Assembly (NCBI GenBank): GCA_964252035.1
Contig: OZ176205.1
Direction: 5' to 3' (one strand)
Length of the DNA: 64,000 nucleotides
Source of the DNA: Podarcis erhardii
Lineage: Eukaryota
In this document: positions 13,849-26,904 of the stretch, in pieces
How the letters are laid out: each line of letters opens with the position of its first letter
How positions within the stretch are numbered: position 1 is the stretch's first letter
Made by a program: the position numbers and the translations under genes
Notes under the pieces: model-generated
Told to the model about the DNA's origin: nothing
The model's input: only the letters and a program-made list of their open reading frames with translations
Database searches by the model: none

Positions 13849-13994
13849 TTGGATAGTGTTCTCGAAGCTACCAGCATGAGTTTGACGAAACTGTGGGAGG
13901 TAGTGGAAGACAGGAGTGCCTGGCGTGCTCTGGTCCATGGGGTCACGAAGAGTCAGACATGACTAAACGACTAAACAACAACAACAACAACAAC
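13849..13994 (+). mobile_element. BovB (RTE) LINE 3' fragment
   Basis: gtggaagacaggagtgcctggcgtgctctggtccatggggtcacgaagagtc...(CAA)n; 9-bp TSD ataaatggg at 13840-13848 and 13995-14003. Confidence 0.88.
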
Positions 13995-15128
13995 ATAAAT
14001 GGGCTCACCTGATGATGAGTCTGATATGCAATACTGTACTGTACTTCATGTAAAGAGTAACCAAAAAGACAGCCATGAACATTATGTATCACTTCCGGTG
14101 ATGCATAATGTTCTGGGGCAAGGGTATTAATACAGCAGGCCATGTGCCTTTCTTGCAGGGACTTTTTGGGATCCAGCATCACTAAAAAACCTCAGCTCTG
14201 CTTGACTTCCTTGAAATGGTAATAAGGAATCTTGTGCCTTTCTGTACCACAAAGTGCAGAAAGCGCAAGCGCGCGCGCACACACACACACAGCAACCTCT
14301 GAATACTGTAATTAGCACACTTGCAATATGGCAAGAAAATTTTTCTTTTCTTTTGTCGATTCTCCATGGCTTTCTCATTTGTTTGCTTAAGGGATATATG
14401 TAACTACTATGACTGTCAAATCTGGGGCTGGGTTGGAGTGGTTGATGCTTTTGCTTACGCAGAAAACTCCCTCTGGAGGAGGCTGAGTTTATAAATATTT
14501 CACCTGCTGCATTTGAGACGCTAACTGGCAATTTTTAGAATGCTCTCGCTTTGCTTCCTCTCTTCTCCAAGGCAAAGCAATACACAGACGTGCTCAGCTG
14601 ATTCAAGTGCATGCTGGAGCGCCTTGCGGTTTCTTTCCTCTTCCTGTGCCTGAGTGCTCTGGGGAGGCACCTAATGTCATTGCCCACTTCTGAGATGTGC
14701 GTTTTGACAGGCTGAAGGTGCCAATTTGTGCGACGCAATTGTTGTTTTAAAGCTCATCTTATCTAAACAGTACCTACCTCAGCCTGTTCCTTTGCCAGGC
14801 ATCCAAGCAGTGTGTGGGAGGCGGTTTTGCTGCCAACACCCCCACATTTTGTGTGTGTGTCCCAGAATCCAGATTACATAATCTACAGAACATACTTCAG
14901 TTTGACTGAATGCAGGCTAATGCTGGCTAGAAATACATCTCCACATGGACAGAGGATCTGTGGGTGAGAGGTTCCCAGATCTGCGAAACGGTTCAGTTAC
15001 CTCCAGGGATTCAGGAAGGGAGTCTTTCTCCAGCCTACCTGGAGATGCCAGGGATTGAATCTGGCTGCAGAGCAAATGCTTTACCACTGAGCCACAGCCC
15101 TTTCCTAAAGATGCATAACATTCCCATA

Positions 15129-15437
15129 GGTAAAGGTAAAGGGACCCTGACCATTAGGTCCAGTTGCAAACGACTCTGGGGTACAGCTTCCGAGTCATGT
15201 GATCAGCATGACTAAGCCGCTTCTGGCGAACCAGAGCAGTGCACGGAAACGCTGTTTACCTTCCTGCCAGAGGTACCTATTTATCTACTTGCACTTTGAC
15301 GTGCTTTCAAACTGCTAGGTGGGTGGGAGCTGCAACTGAACAACGGGAGCTCACCCAGTCGCGGGGATTCAAACCGCCGACCTTCTGATCAGCAAGCCCT
15401 ATGCTCTGTGGTTTAACCCACAGCGCCACCCGTGTCC
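15129..15437 (-). mobile_element. Sauria-type SINE
   Basis: Reverse-complement homologue of 62285-62642; TSD cataacattcccata/cataacattctcata at 15114-15128 and 15438-15452. Confidence 0.88.
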
Positions 15438-16344
15438 CATAACATTCTCATAGATATTAGTATATATGATGGTTGTCCAGTTTTTGGAAGTAGATCACTG
15501 TGCTCAGGCTCTTCAGCACTTCAGTGCATGGCACCTTCAAATCATGTTAGAAGAAGCTACAACCAGCAATATAAATGCACCCTTGCAACAAGGCTAGTAG
15601 CAAAACAACTTCAGTATTGAGATAGTTAGGGTGCTACAGTTGAACACGTCTCCTCAAAATCACACAAATTGACAAAAACACATATACAAACACACTTCCA
15701 GCTAGCTATCCCTTTCTGTCTCAAGGGCAGCATGCCTGGCAATAGTTATCTGGAGGCTTGTGCAAACATAGCATTAATCTTGCAGTTCCTTGTGGTGTCC
15801 ATGTTTATACCAAGAGCAGGTAAATTGGCCTTTCAGATGTTGGACCGCAACTTCCATCAGCCACAGCCAGCATGACCAATGGTCAAGAGATTAAGGGAGT
15901 TGTAGTTCAAAAAAATCCACAGGTTTCCCACCTTGGTTTATACTAAAATTTGAAAGACACTTTCTAGTACCAGGAGGGTCTCCTAGCATGACTCACATAA
16001 AATGTAACAAACGCATAAGTAGGCAAACATATACAGCCAAATAAAAACTATGTATCAGTTATCTTTAAAATATGTCTTAAAAACATTCTCTATTGCAAAA
16101 AGTTAGTATGCATTCCCAAAATGAATAGTGGAAATTGAGTAGGGAATGGGAGGTTTCAGAAAATCAAACTAAAAAGCCATTTTGTGTGTAGGAAACTTTT
16201 GGCCCTCCAGATGTTACAGCTCCCATCATCCTTGGTCACTGGCCATGCTTGCTGGGGCTGATGGGAATTGTAGTTCAGCAGCATCTGGAGTGTGAAAGGT
16301 TCTCTATCTGTCTGGTCTGTTTTAGTTCAATTTAGTTCAAAGGA

Positions 16345-16555
16345 GAATCTGACTAAACATAAGATCTGAGAAGAAGCTTTTTGCCAGTAAGAGCTGTTCG
16401 ACAGTGGAATGGACTCCCACAAGAGGTGGTGGACCTTTTAAGCAGAGGTTGGATGGCCATCTGTCATGTATGATCTAGTTGAGATTCCTGCATTGCAGGG
16501 GGTTGGACTAGATGACCCTCGAGGTCCCTTCCAACTCTACAGTTCTTTGATTCTG
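16345..16555 (+). mobile_element. CR1 LINE 3' end
   Basis: Homologous to 7119-7307. Confidence 0.8.
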
Positions 16556-19500
16556 TTATTCGATTGTCTCTCAGTGCTCATTCCTTCAGTTGCACCAGAG
16601 TGAGAGATAAGGCAACAAGGCCTCCTCCACTGGCTCAGCCAGGACCAGCTGACAATTAGCTTCTTCCTCCCCAGAACTGCCTCCGGTAGTTCTGCTTAGG
16701 CAACTCCAAAATACAACATTGTGAAATAGTTGGTGACTTTAATTTGCTTATTTCCTTCACTCCTTTTCCCTCTAGTAGCATGCCTCATAGACTGTAAGCT
16801 GTGGTATTAAACGGCAAGCAACTTTGGGAGTGCATTGGCAGAAAGATGTTAGATAAATGAAGCAAGTAAATAAATTTAAGAATCAAAACATTTAGATAGA
16901 TCCCATTTATATTAGTGCTAATTAAGAGGAGTAGCAAGAACGTGTCACTGGTGCAAAACAGTAATTTCAAAGGAAAACATCATTAAAGAAAGGATCGTTG
17001 CATTTAGGTTAATGCGCTAGCCGGGTGAAGAGTGTGCGGCTGGTTTTGACTCATGCTCTAGAAGTGGTGTGCATGTTACAAAACATTCTTATGCTTATGA
17101 CAGCCTCTCCAGCTAATAGGGTGCAGTGGGAGGTAGGAGAGTATGTTGGCTTCTTAAAGTGTAGATCAGGCCTCATTGTAAAAGATTTTATAGCATTGAT
17201 TAGCATGCGGAACAGAGGAGGTAAACAGGCCAAGTTGATAAACAACTTTGAACCACTCAGAGGCTGAACTGAGGAAATATCTCAGCACCATTAGATCATA
17301 AGTCATCTACCAAGTTGCTAGAGGAATAATGGCTGGAGCAGAATGACAGCCTTGGGCAAGTCCTTTATACATTAATGACACAGTCAGAAATACCTCTCTC
17401 TCTCTCTCTCTCCTGTTCACCCATGACCTTGATGCCTTTCAATTGCCTCATGGGACATTATCATTTCAGAAGAGAGGTGTGGCCCTCTAGAGTTGTTCTT
17501 CATTTCATTTTGTAAATCTGCAAGGGTGTGTGTTTGTGTGTGTGCATGGGGAGAATCATGTTAGCTAGCTCCACTTCCCATTGCTATTCCTGTTGCCCTG
17601 AATGAGTTCTGGAGATTCCCTGGAAAATCAGACTTCCAAAAAGCAAGGGAAGCCCACTTTGAAAGATGGCTTAGTGTTCAGAGGTGGCATGCCACTGTAT
17701 ATCAGTTGCAGGAGGAACAATCACTTGTGGGCTTCCCAGAGGCACCTGGCTGGGAGAACCAAGACTTGATGGATGAGGCACTTTGTAACTGAACCAATGT
17801 GTCTGCTGATTTTATATTGGTTTTTATATAACCCATCACAGGTTGAAGTCCAAATGTTTGTGAGCCGCCCTTGTCCAGCTCTTTTCGCACCATATCCCTA
17901 AGTCACTAACATGCTTTGCTGCACAGAACAGATCACTGCATGAAAACGAGTACAAGCATGAAAATGTGCTTTGTCATACACCATCTGGCCTAATTAAGAA
18001 CAATCTGTCCGCAGAGAATACATCCGCAACATTCAGCCTTCCAAGTACCCTCTCATCTCCAGGTAACAAAACTATCTCTGGCTTGTTTTCTCCCAGGGAG
18101 GATGAAGGCCAGATTCAAAATCGGAAAAGATAGAAATTTATCTTTAAAAGCAAAGCAGTAGAAGGTTCAATGGACTTAACCAAGCAGAGCCAAAGGGAAA
18201 GAGACGACAGGGCAGTCTCAAGCTGAAATGTTGTTGAGATATTCCAAGCAGAGTACGGGATTCAGTCAGAAGTTTTATGAATTTTTCTCGCCACCAATCA
18301 GCAACTGGTATTTGATCAATCTAAGCCAATAGTGAGAATTGCTACTAGATGCAGTTTGCAGATAGGAGCATAGGAAGTTGCCTTATACTGAGCCAGACCT
18401 CAGCATCGTCTACACAAGCTTTCCCCCAGCTGGTGCCTTTAGATGCTTTGAACTACAGCTCCCCAGCAGACCCTGTCAGCATGGCCTCTATAGCCCAAAA
18501 CATCTGGAGAGTGTCAGGCTGGATAAGACTGGTCTACACTGGCTGTAGTTTCTCTCCAGGGTTTCAGAGAGGAGCCTTTCCCAGTCCTACCTAGAGACAT
18601 CAGGGATTGAACCTGGAACCTTTTGCCTGTGCTACTATTGCAGGCAGCTTAAAGAATGGAAACAGATACCAAATAGTCCCATTCCTGTATCTACTTGCAA
18701 TGTGTATCGTTCTTTATAGGCATCCTTTGAGCAGGGTTACTTTAGTGCTTAGCCTTGTTGTTTTAACAGCAATTTTTAAAGGATGAAGCGAAGCAGAGCA
18801 AAGTATTATTAGTTAATGTACTGATCATCCTGTCACCCTTTAAACCCTTTGGGTATGTTTCAAAAGGCTGCAGATGCATTTCTCCATGAAGCTGCTTTAG
18901 AATAAAGGCAAGGGATGGTTCTGATTCCCTGGAGTTCTCTGTGCAACCTCATTCTTTGACCCTATTCTCAACCGGCTTCATTTGCCCCCATTACAGCATC
19001 ACAGAGCCAGAGAGGATTGGCTACTTCACACTACGATGCCATCACATTTCTTGCGGGTAAGTTCCCTAACCAAGGGGCAGGTAAGTTGAAGGTTGTAGGT
19101 AAGTTCCCTAACCAAGGGGCAGGTGGGAATTGTGCCAAAATAGTAGCAGATTAGGCTGCAAACAGGAATGAAAAAGATGAACATTTGGAATGGAGAGGGG
19201 TGGGGAAGAACATTTCAGTTCCCCTTAAAAGCAGCTTCTCTCCCTCAGTATGCTTGTGGTGCAAATCTATCTAACAATGTATAAAGCTGCAACTGACAAA
19301 CAATAATATGGTTCACCCTTGCTGTTTCAGTAGCCTCAGTGACACTGAAGTCCTTGAAGGACTGAACAGCATGCAAGTTTTAAGTGGGGTATCAATGATA
19401 TCATGTATCACTTTTGAAAATTATAGATTGCCATGTCACTCAGGCCTTTTTGGCAATTTAATGTCAAGTGACTGGAAACCCAGAAGGCACATTCGTCAGA

Positions 19501-20405
19501 TCTTATCCATTTACTCCAGGTTAATTAACAGAATTGTAAGATTGTAAGATTCTCATTGCAAATTAGAATCGCTGCACCATTGATAAGCAAAAAAAGTAGG
19601 GAAATGCTACTTTTGGTGACCAGGGTAGCTAAGTCTGAGGGACTTCTGGAGTACATGTACTCTGGAGGGCCCCCTCTTACACTGGTGAGTCCCCTCAGGC
19701 TTACATGGCAGTAGTGGCAGCAGCAACAACATTGCCCAAGGGAGGCTGGAAGCTGCCATTTACATTTCCAGCAGTGTCCCAACATAGTGTCACTCTGGGA
19801 CATCATGAAGCTCACAGGCATAACATACAAAGCCTAGGACAAGATGCCATTGGAGGTGGACCCTACTGGGGCCCTGGCAGCAGCTGTAGGATGTCAGGAG
19901 CTGATGCCAGGACTGGACTAAGGCATTGAAAAGGCCTATCTCTAACTGCTGAAACTCTTATTGATGTTTAAAACAACATGGACTAGCTAATGGAACCTTA
20001 CTGTGCCTGCTTCTCTGTTCACAAAATCAAGATAATCTAAGCTGCTATATACTTCAGTGGGTTTGAGATTAGCACCACTGGGACTAAACTAGATATGAAG
20101 GGTCAGGTCTGCTCCTGAACCCCATGAAGCAGCAAAGGTACACCTGCACTTCTCCCCCAAACCTACATTTAAGCCATTTTCTGCTCTGGCAGACATAATC
20201 CCAGTTGAAAGAAAATGAGACTGAAATAGTGGTTTGGGGAGGGAAAGCACTGTGGTGTCCTGCTTTCTCCCTGGCAAGGGGAGCAGGGCATTTACTCATA
20301 GAACAGAGGTAACATCCCAAAGAGCAGGAATCACAGCAAGGCAACTCCAGTAAGACTAGATGCTACCACAGCTCAGACAGGGCCAGGCAGAGCATAAAAT
20401 ACCTT

Positions 20406-20426
20406 ATCAGCACCCCGGAGAGCTCA
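20406..20426 (+). promoter_or_regulatory. RE1/NRSE (REST-binding) motif
   Basis: atcagcaccccggagagctca fits NTYAGMRCCNNRGMSAG with no mismatch. Confidence 0.65.
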
Positions 20427-20507
20427 CAGAAGCCTAGCACTCACTCAGAGGGAGCTGTTGCCTCAGCAGTATGCTGAAGCTTTCTAAAGGCTGGCTTGAA
20501 CCCTCCG

Positions 20508-20522
20508 ATTGGCCCCGCCCCC
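20508..20522. promoter_or_regulatory. Adjacent CCAAT box (reverse) and GC box
   Basis: gattggccccgccccc in a CpG-poor context, about 80 bp from the RE1. Confidence 0.45.
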
Positions 20523-22188
20523 TCTGAGGAGCAGTCTGCTCTTTTAAAGGTCCACTGCCTTATTCTGTAAGTGCTGAACATGGAGATGGTGGATAGTCAG
20601 AGAACAGGACAGATAGGAAGGGATCAGCTTTCTCCTCCTCTTCTCCCATGTTAAATGCTAAAAATCACCCAGCTCCCCATTTCACAGGGAGTCACCAGGA
20701 CCTGTCTGATACATTCAGGTGGGTATTGCAATTACACCTCCTACTACCCAGAACATGAGCCTTTCTTCTGCAAGAGCACAAAAGTCTCTCTTTCTTATTA
20801 AACGTCTCTCATTATTGCAAGATGGTTGCCTTTTTCGCAGTTGGCGCAAGCCAAAGCCTGTTTAATGTAATGGGATGTGACTTACAATGACTGCATTTTA
20901 ATAGTGCTCTCAGCAGGAAGCCAGATGCTCGCATTCAGCATAATGTGATTATGGTGTGGTTCTGTTGCTACCTCTCTCACCGGACCATTTTCTAAAGGAG
21001 AAAGGAAATGGTAGCTTTAAAAGAAAATGAATTAGGACCTTGCAATGCTACAGAATAAGAATTCTCCACCATTGAGGATAACTCACCTTGGAAGACAGAA
21101 GAGGAATTTTGGAGCAGGGGAACTTCGGAGATATTATCTGATAACATGTTCAGACATCACAGGTAGCAGCTACATATTTATTATAGAGCAGAATCCACAT
21201 TATATGAATTTCAATTATGATCCCTGTTTTCTTCTGAATCTGTACTGTGTTCCCTATATTTATAGCACACCCACTCACATTTAACTGCTCCCTGCTCTGT
21301 GTGCTGTGCCTTACTGATAAATGTATATTTTGATTTTATTTGAGAATCTGAGGTACTTCTAAACGCTTAGGGGCAGCAAAAGGGAAAATAACAGGTCTGT
21401 CTGGAGTAGTGGGAAGTTATTACTCCTTGTTTTGTGATAGGTTCATTTACTCGGTGACAAGGACACTTACATTTCTGAGTGTTCAAGGCAAGACATTCGG
21501 GGGGGGGGGTGACCGCCCTCCTGAAAATTATTAATTTGGTGCTTCCTTTGAGCACTCAAGAGATTTCCAGCCAGGGGGAATGCATTGCTGAAGGGGAAGT
21601 CTTCTTGCTCCATCTAGTCCAGTATAGCCACAAAAATAAATCAGTTTTTCCTACTTGAGGCAACAGACGGATATCTTTATACAATGGGACTATTTACACA
21701 ATAGATGCCTAAGCTTCTGCTTTTCCTACTTAGGGGTGTGAACTTCAAAATCAAAGCCTTTCAACATTTGTGGCTAGGCTAAGACTCACTTAACAAGTTG
21801 GTGTGGAAATGGAAACTGCCTGTACTTGAAATGCACTCTGAACACACCCTGTCTAGAAAGTCAGGATTTGTTCCAGATCCTGAACCTTGGGCTCAAAGGC
21901 CCAGTTGGTTGGCCAAATAAAAATGCCTCAACCTCAGAAACCTTTACAGTTGACAGTGAGGTGTTCCACTTCAACAGCTAAGGAGCAGTATTGGCCTGAG
22001 AGTAAGGGTGTTGGCTGGGAAAGGTTGAATTTGGGTTTCTGTTTTCCTCAGACTTCTTATGCAACCTTGACCAAAGAAGCAGCCTTCTCCCTGAATCACT
22101 GCTGCACCGTCATACTTACGTGTTCTGAGGTACTTCTATCTCAGGATCTAAACATGAGGTGCTAAGCTTTCTTATGCAGAGAGAATTA

Positions 22189-22425
22189 CATAAGAATATA
22201 AGAAGATCAGGCCAATGGGCCATCTAGTCGGGAATCCTATTCTCACAGTGGTTTCCAGCAATTCAGAAATGTTACTGTCCCTGAAGTATAGCCATTGGGG
22301 CTAGTAGCCACGGATAGAGTTATCCTCCATGAATTGGTCCAATACTTTTTTAAAGGCATCTAATTTGATGGCCATCGCTGCCTCCTGTGGGAGAGAGTTC
22401 CATAGTTTAACCTGATGCAGGGGCG
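22189..22425 (-). mobile_element. CR1-type LINE 3' fragment
   Basis: acataagaatataagaa...ggccatctagtc...cctcctgtgggagagagttcca, the reverse of a CR1 3' end with a (TTCTTATG)-type tail. Confidence 0.65.
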
Positions 22426-22874
22426 GGTTTTTTAAACAAGCAAATTCCCACACACATTCTGAGGTGGTAGAAACCATCCATTCCCACACACATTCTGAGG
22501 CGTTAGAAACCACAGCCAGGATGTCTGACAACAGAGGTGTTACTTAATGGCAGCAAAGGGTAGTGGGCACCCCCCTCCTTTGAAAAAAAAGGTCTTGCTG
22601 TTATTTCCTCAGCTCATTGATGTTGACAACATTTCTTTTTCTTATGCCCTAAAACTGCAGCTGGCCCTGGCTGCTAGGGACAAACTACATGTAACATCTA
22701 TCTTCAATTTCAAAACAACCGCAATGGCTTTCAGGAGGTTTTCCATCCCAACTCAAGGTAGTATCATCTGGTTGATGCTAGACCAGATAGGCCCTTGGTA
22801 TGATCTAGCACACCTCTTCTTATGTGCCTATGGTTTTCTTATTTAGTTAGTTAGTTATAAAAAAAAACATTATA

Positions 22875-23098
22875 CAGTAGTACCTTGGTTGCCAAACGCC
22901 TTGGAACTTGTACGTTTTGGCTCCCAAACGATTGAAAACAGGAAGTGAGTGTTCCGGTTTTCGAATGATTTTTGGAAGCCAAATGTTTTCGAATGATTTT
23001 TGGAAGCCAATTTGGAAGCCACGCCTTGGTTTTCGAACAGTTCCAGGAGTTGAATGGACTCCCGGAATGCATTCTGTTCAAGAACCAAGGTACAACTG
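22875..23098. mobile_element. Tc1/mariner (Tigger-like) MITE
   Basis: TA|cagtagtaccttggtt...aaccaaggtacaactg|TA; internal tandem duplication gttttcgaatgatttttggaagcca. Confidence 0.82.
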
Positions 23099-24638
23099 TA
23101 TACCACTATATCATACAAATGCTACTGCTCTTTGTTTCTTCTCTGATGGTGGTGCAAAGGATGAACATGCAAAATTGGTCCTTTTTGCCTGTGACACCAA
23201 GCTTATGAAACTTGTTCCACAGGATAGCTTACCTTGCTCCTTCTTTGGTAAGTTTTAGACATCTGATCATGGCAATTTAGTTTTAGAGAGCTTTCAGGAT
23301 CGATTGAGCTACGGATTTATGTTAGCTGCTGCTGCTGCTTTTGCCAGACTCTTGGGTTTCATTGTTTATATTTGCTTTAACAATGCAAATAACTTCCTTA
23401 TTATTTTTAGTTGTTGTAAATTTCTTTGTGGACCCACCTGGAGTCAAAAGGTATGGTATAAATGTAGTAAAGGATTTGTAGCAGAATATCTGGCCATCCA
23501 GTAATGGTCTCCACAAAGCAGGGATGCACAAATATGGGCAAATTTGACTTTAAAAAAAAACCCCACAACACTCTCTGCCTATTAACTCTGCCTATTAAAA
23601 TGAATTTGGATAATTTAAGCTTCATGTCTCAATTTACTTGAATGGGTAGAGTTAAAAATGCTGCAGCTCCAACAATGGCTGGAGTAGGGCTTAACTCAGC
23701 CTCCTCCATGGGCCAAGAGGATCTTCAGTAGTGGATCTTAAGCTTTTCATCCTGCTGCAGCCATTTTCGGAGCTGCAAGCTTCACAACCCAAGATCATGG
23801 ATGCTCCTAGCAGCCGGTGATGCAGCTAGGTAATTTAGACCCTGGACCCTTTAGATAGCCATGTGTATTGATGCAGATGAGAAGCACACACTCAAGGGGA
23901 CTTTTCTCTGCTGTTCCATGCTTTACATCTGCTTCTAATTCCTGATATGTTAGAGAAAAAACAAACAAGCAAACACAGTTGCCAAGTCCCAATTAAACAA
24001 GTGTATATATTCTGAGCATTTTAAACCCACTTAAAACCATAGCACCATCATTACAGAATTAAAATGGGGTCTGCTTCTGCTGCCCTGATGCACACATTTA
24101 CTAGGGAATAAGCTCCATTTTGTTGCAGAAAAGGGTAGTATTTATATAATGTAGAAGTAATAAAATGAGCACCTGAAACCCTGTAGATGCCTACCTAGTT
24201 GTCCTCCTGACTATATATCTTTTCTAAAAAAATAAAAAATGATGCTCCAGTGACAAGCATCATACCTAATGGGCTCTGACATTCCTAGGCCAGCCCAGCT
24301 GGTGATGTGAAGCCTGTTTGCCACTGCCATAGGCACTCTATGGATGTCCTTTGGGGGCTCCCTGCACTGCGAGGCTCTGGACTTTGGCCCCAAGGTCCAG
24401 TGTTAGTTGCACCACTGACAATAGCTATGGTGTTGGGCTGCAAAAAGCAGTCTGGACCACTTAGCCAGAGATGAGGTGTAAGCAGAATCAAGGCAGGGGA
24501 CCTGCTCAAGGCAGCCACAATAGTCCATTTGCAATCAATCAAGCAGGGATGCTTGTATAGTTGAGCATCTCAGCTTCAAACGCTTGTCCCCATCTCTATC
24601 ACAAACCTATGGCACTGGACAAATTATGCTATTTTTCT

Positions 24639-24644
<6 letters not shown>

Positions 24645-24693
<49 letters not shown>
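24645..24693. repeat. (CT)n microsatellite
   Basis: Direct reading. Confidence 0.97.
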
Positions 24694-24697
<4 letters not shown>

Positions 24698-26904
24698 CAG
24701 AGAATTTAGTTAATGGTCTCTGGAACTTCTGTGGAGTCAAGAGGGAGATATTACGTAACTATTTCACACAAACAACTCTGAGCAACTGCCTGCCTCATTT
24801 CCCTGCTATCTCCACCCTGTGGATAATTAATAAGCATTTTCTAGGTCACACTCGGTGTGTGTTTGTATGCTTGCACATATGCCCAAAGCAAAGAGAAAGC
24901 AGGAACTTGTTAAGGGTATGAGGCAGCAACAATGCTTACAAAAGCCCCACACCACAAACCAGGTAGTTCTTTTCAGTGAGTCAGCTGTGAAAGAGCGAAA
25001 GAGCTGGGGATTCTGGATGGCACAGTGAGAGGATTTTTTTGTTTAGAGGATGGCTTCTCGTCAGAAGTGAACACACCGCCAAAGGACCAAAGAGCTGTGG
25101 CTCACCTGAAAATCGCCTGTGCATGGCAGCCAAAGGATTGATTCAAATGTAATGGAGGGGGAACATGGTATATCTTTTGAAATGCCTGCACCAGCACATA
25201 GGGGCCTGGTTATTTGAAAGAAGCTCCGCTTTTAAATCCCGCTGATCGTAAAAAGCTGAACACATTAAGAAGGAGCCAGCAGCTGGAAAAAGTAGATTGT
25301 GTGTTCTTGGTTCATCACCGGGCAGATCAATGGTTTCGGGTCAGGACATTTTTAACACCAGCACCTCTAGGTGTGTGTTTTTTTTATGAAGAGCAGTAAC
25401 ATTTTCATGTTGGGGAACCTGTGGCTCTTCAGATGTATTTGGGCTCCAGCTCCCCTCAGTCCCACCTAGCATGGCCAGTGGACATCATGGGTGAAAGGAG
25501 TTAAAATCCAACAACATCTGGAGGACCACATGTTCCCCATCCCTGATCTAGAGAAATCTCCCCAGATCCCTTTGAGTAACAGAGAGAGTCCAATTACCTC
25601 CCATCCTTTTGGTGAAGAGGCAGGAGGGTTACTATCCCTTCTACAACCCATTAACTGATCATTTGGTCTTGTTTTTTGTTTTACTAACAAATTCTAACCA
25701 ATCTGGTTAGAACTGGCCTTGAAGGATGCATGTCAGCAGCTGATTGCCACCCCGCATCCTTTCAGCAGTGAAGGGGGCATTCCCTCACTGCTGAAAGAAA
25801 GTGTGTGTGTGTCTACCTCAGACAGTTTGGGGAGGCAGAAGGTTATCTTACTGCAAAGCCAGAGTCTTTCCTGTCCTATCCTGTCCTGACTGCCCCCATT
25901 CCCCATTAAGTCCTATGCAGCACATCCATTTTCCAAGTGATGCGACAGAGCTGGGAGAACAGGCAGCTTATTTTGCACACTTTGAAATGACTCATCGGCT
26001 AGAAATGAGGTTAAGTTAAAAACTCAGATGAGCAACATAAAACTCCCTTCAATCCTGACAAGGCAGCAGCTATAAGAATTGTTGGTGTTTTTGGCTGCCG
26101 TTAGAAGCTGAAGCTTTGTAAAGAGATGGTTCAGCCAAGAGTGGTCACAACAGGCTGAGGGGTATGAATGACCAACGTGGCAGCAATAAGCATGCCTCCC
26201 ATTGATAGGATAAAATATATTCACAAGATAAGAGAGCTCTTATCTTGTGAATCTCCACTTTCATGATTTTGGAAATCTGCTGTCCTATGACAGCTGCATG
26301 ATGAACATAAGTGGGTGACTCATCCATTAAGTTGACTGGGTGTATGGGAGACTGCCCTCGACACCTCTAAGCCTAGATTACCCCTGCCTTTGGACTTGGT
26401 AACATCTCTGCTCCCTTTGGTTCTCCATGGGAATGTTGCAGGTGCCATGCCAGGGTGCCAAGTCTGAAGCAATATTAAAGGAATGGCAAACGGAGGAAAC
26501 CTGTTTGGTGAAAAATTGTCACCCACATTTCATTCGTATGTGTGACTCATACCTGTTCCAGGCTGCATCCTTGTTTGAACATGAGCACAGCTGGCAAGAC
26601 ACCAACATTCCTTCCAACATTCAGTGGAAGTTCACGTTACATATTAAACCCAGCCTGCAATGTTGGAAGCTTGCAGTCTGCTCCAACCTTTGTCATAGAG
26701 TCTCTCAGTGTAAACATGGCAGCCCAGGTATCAAATTATTACTTTCAGAGAGTGCAAGGTACTTGGCTATGTGGTACTTCTGGGATACTTTGTCCACCTT
26801 TGGTCCCTACCCTACACTCAGCTCTCATCCGTAGCTCCTAACACACAGTTTGATTTCACCCCTGGAGGTGCACTCCATTGTCTCTCGAGACAGATGGATG
26901 CCAA

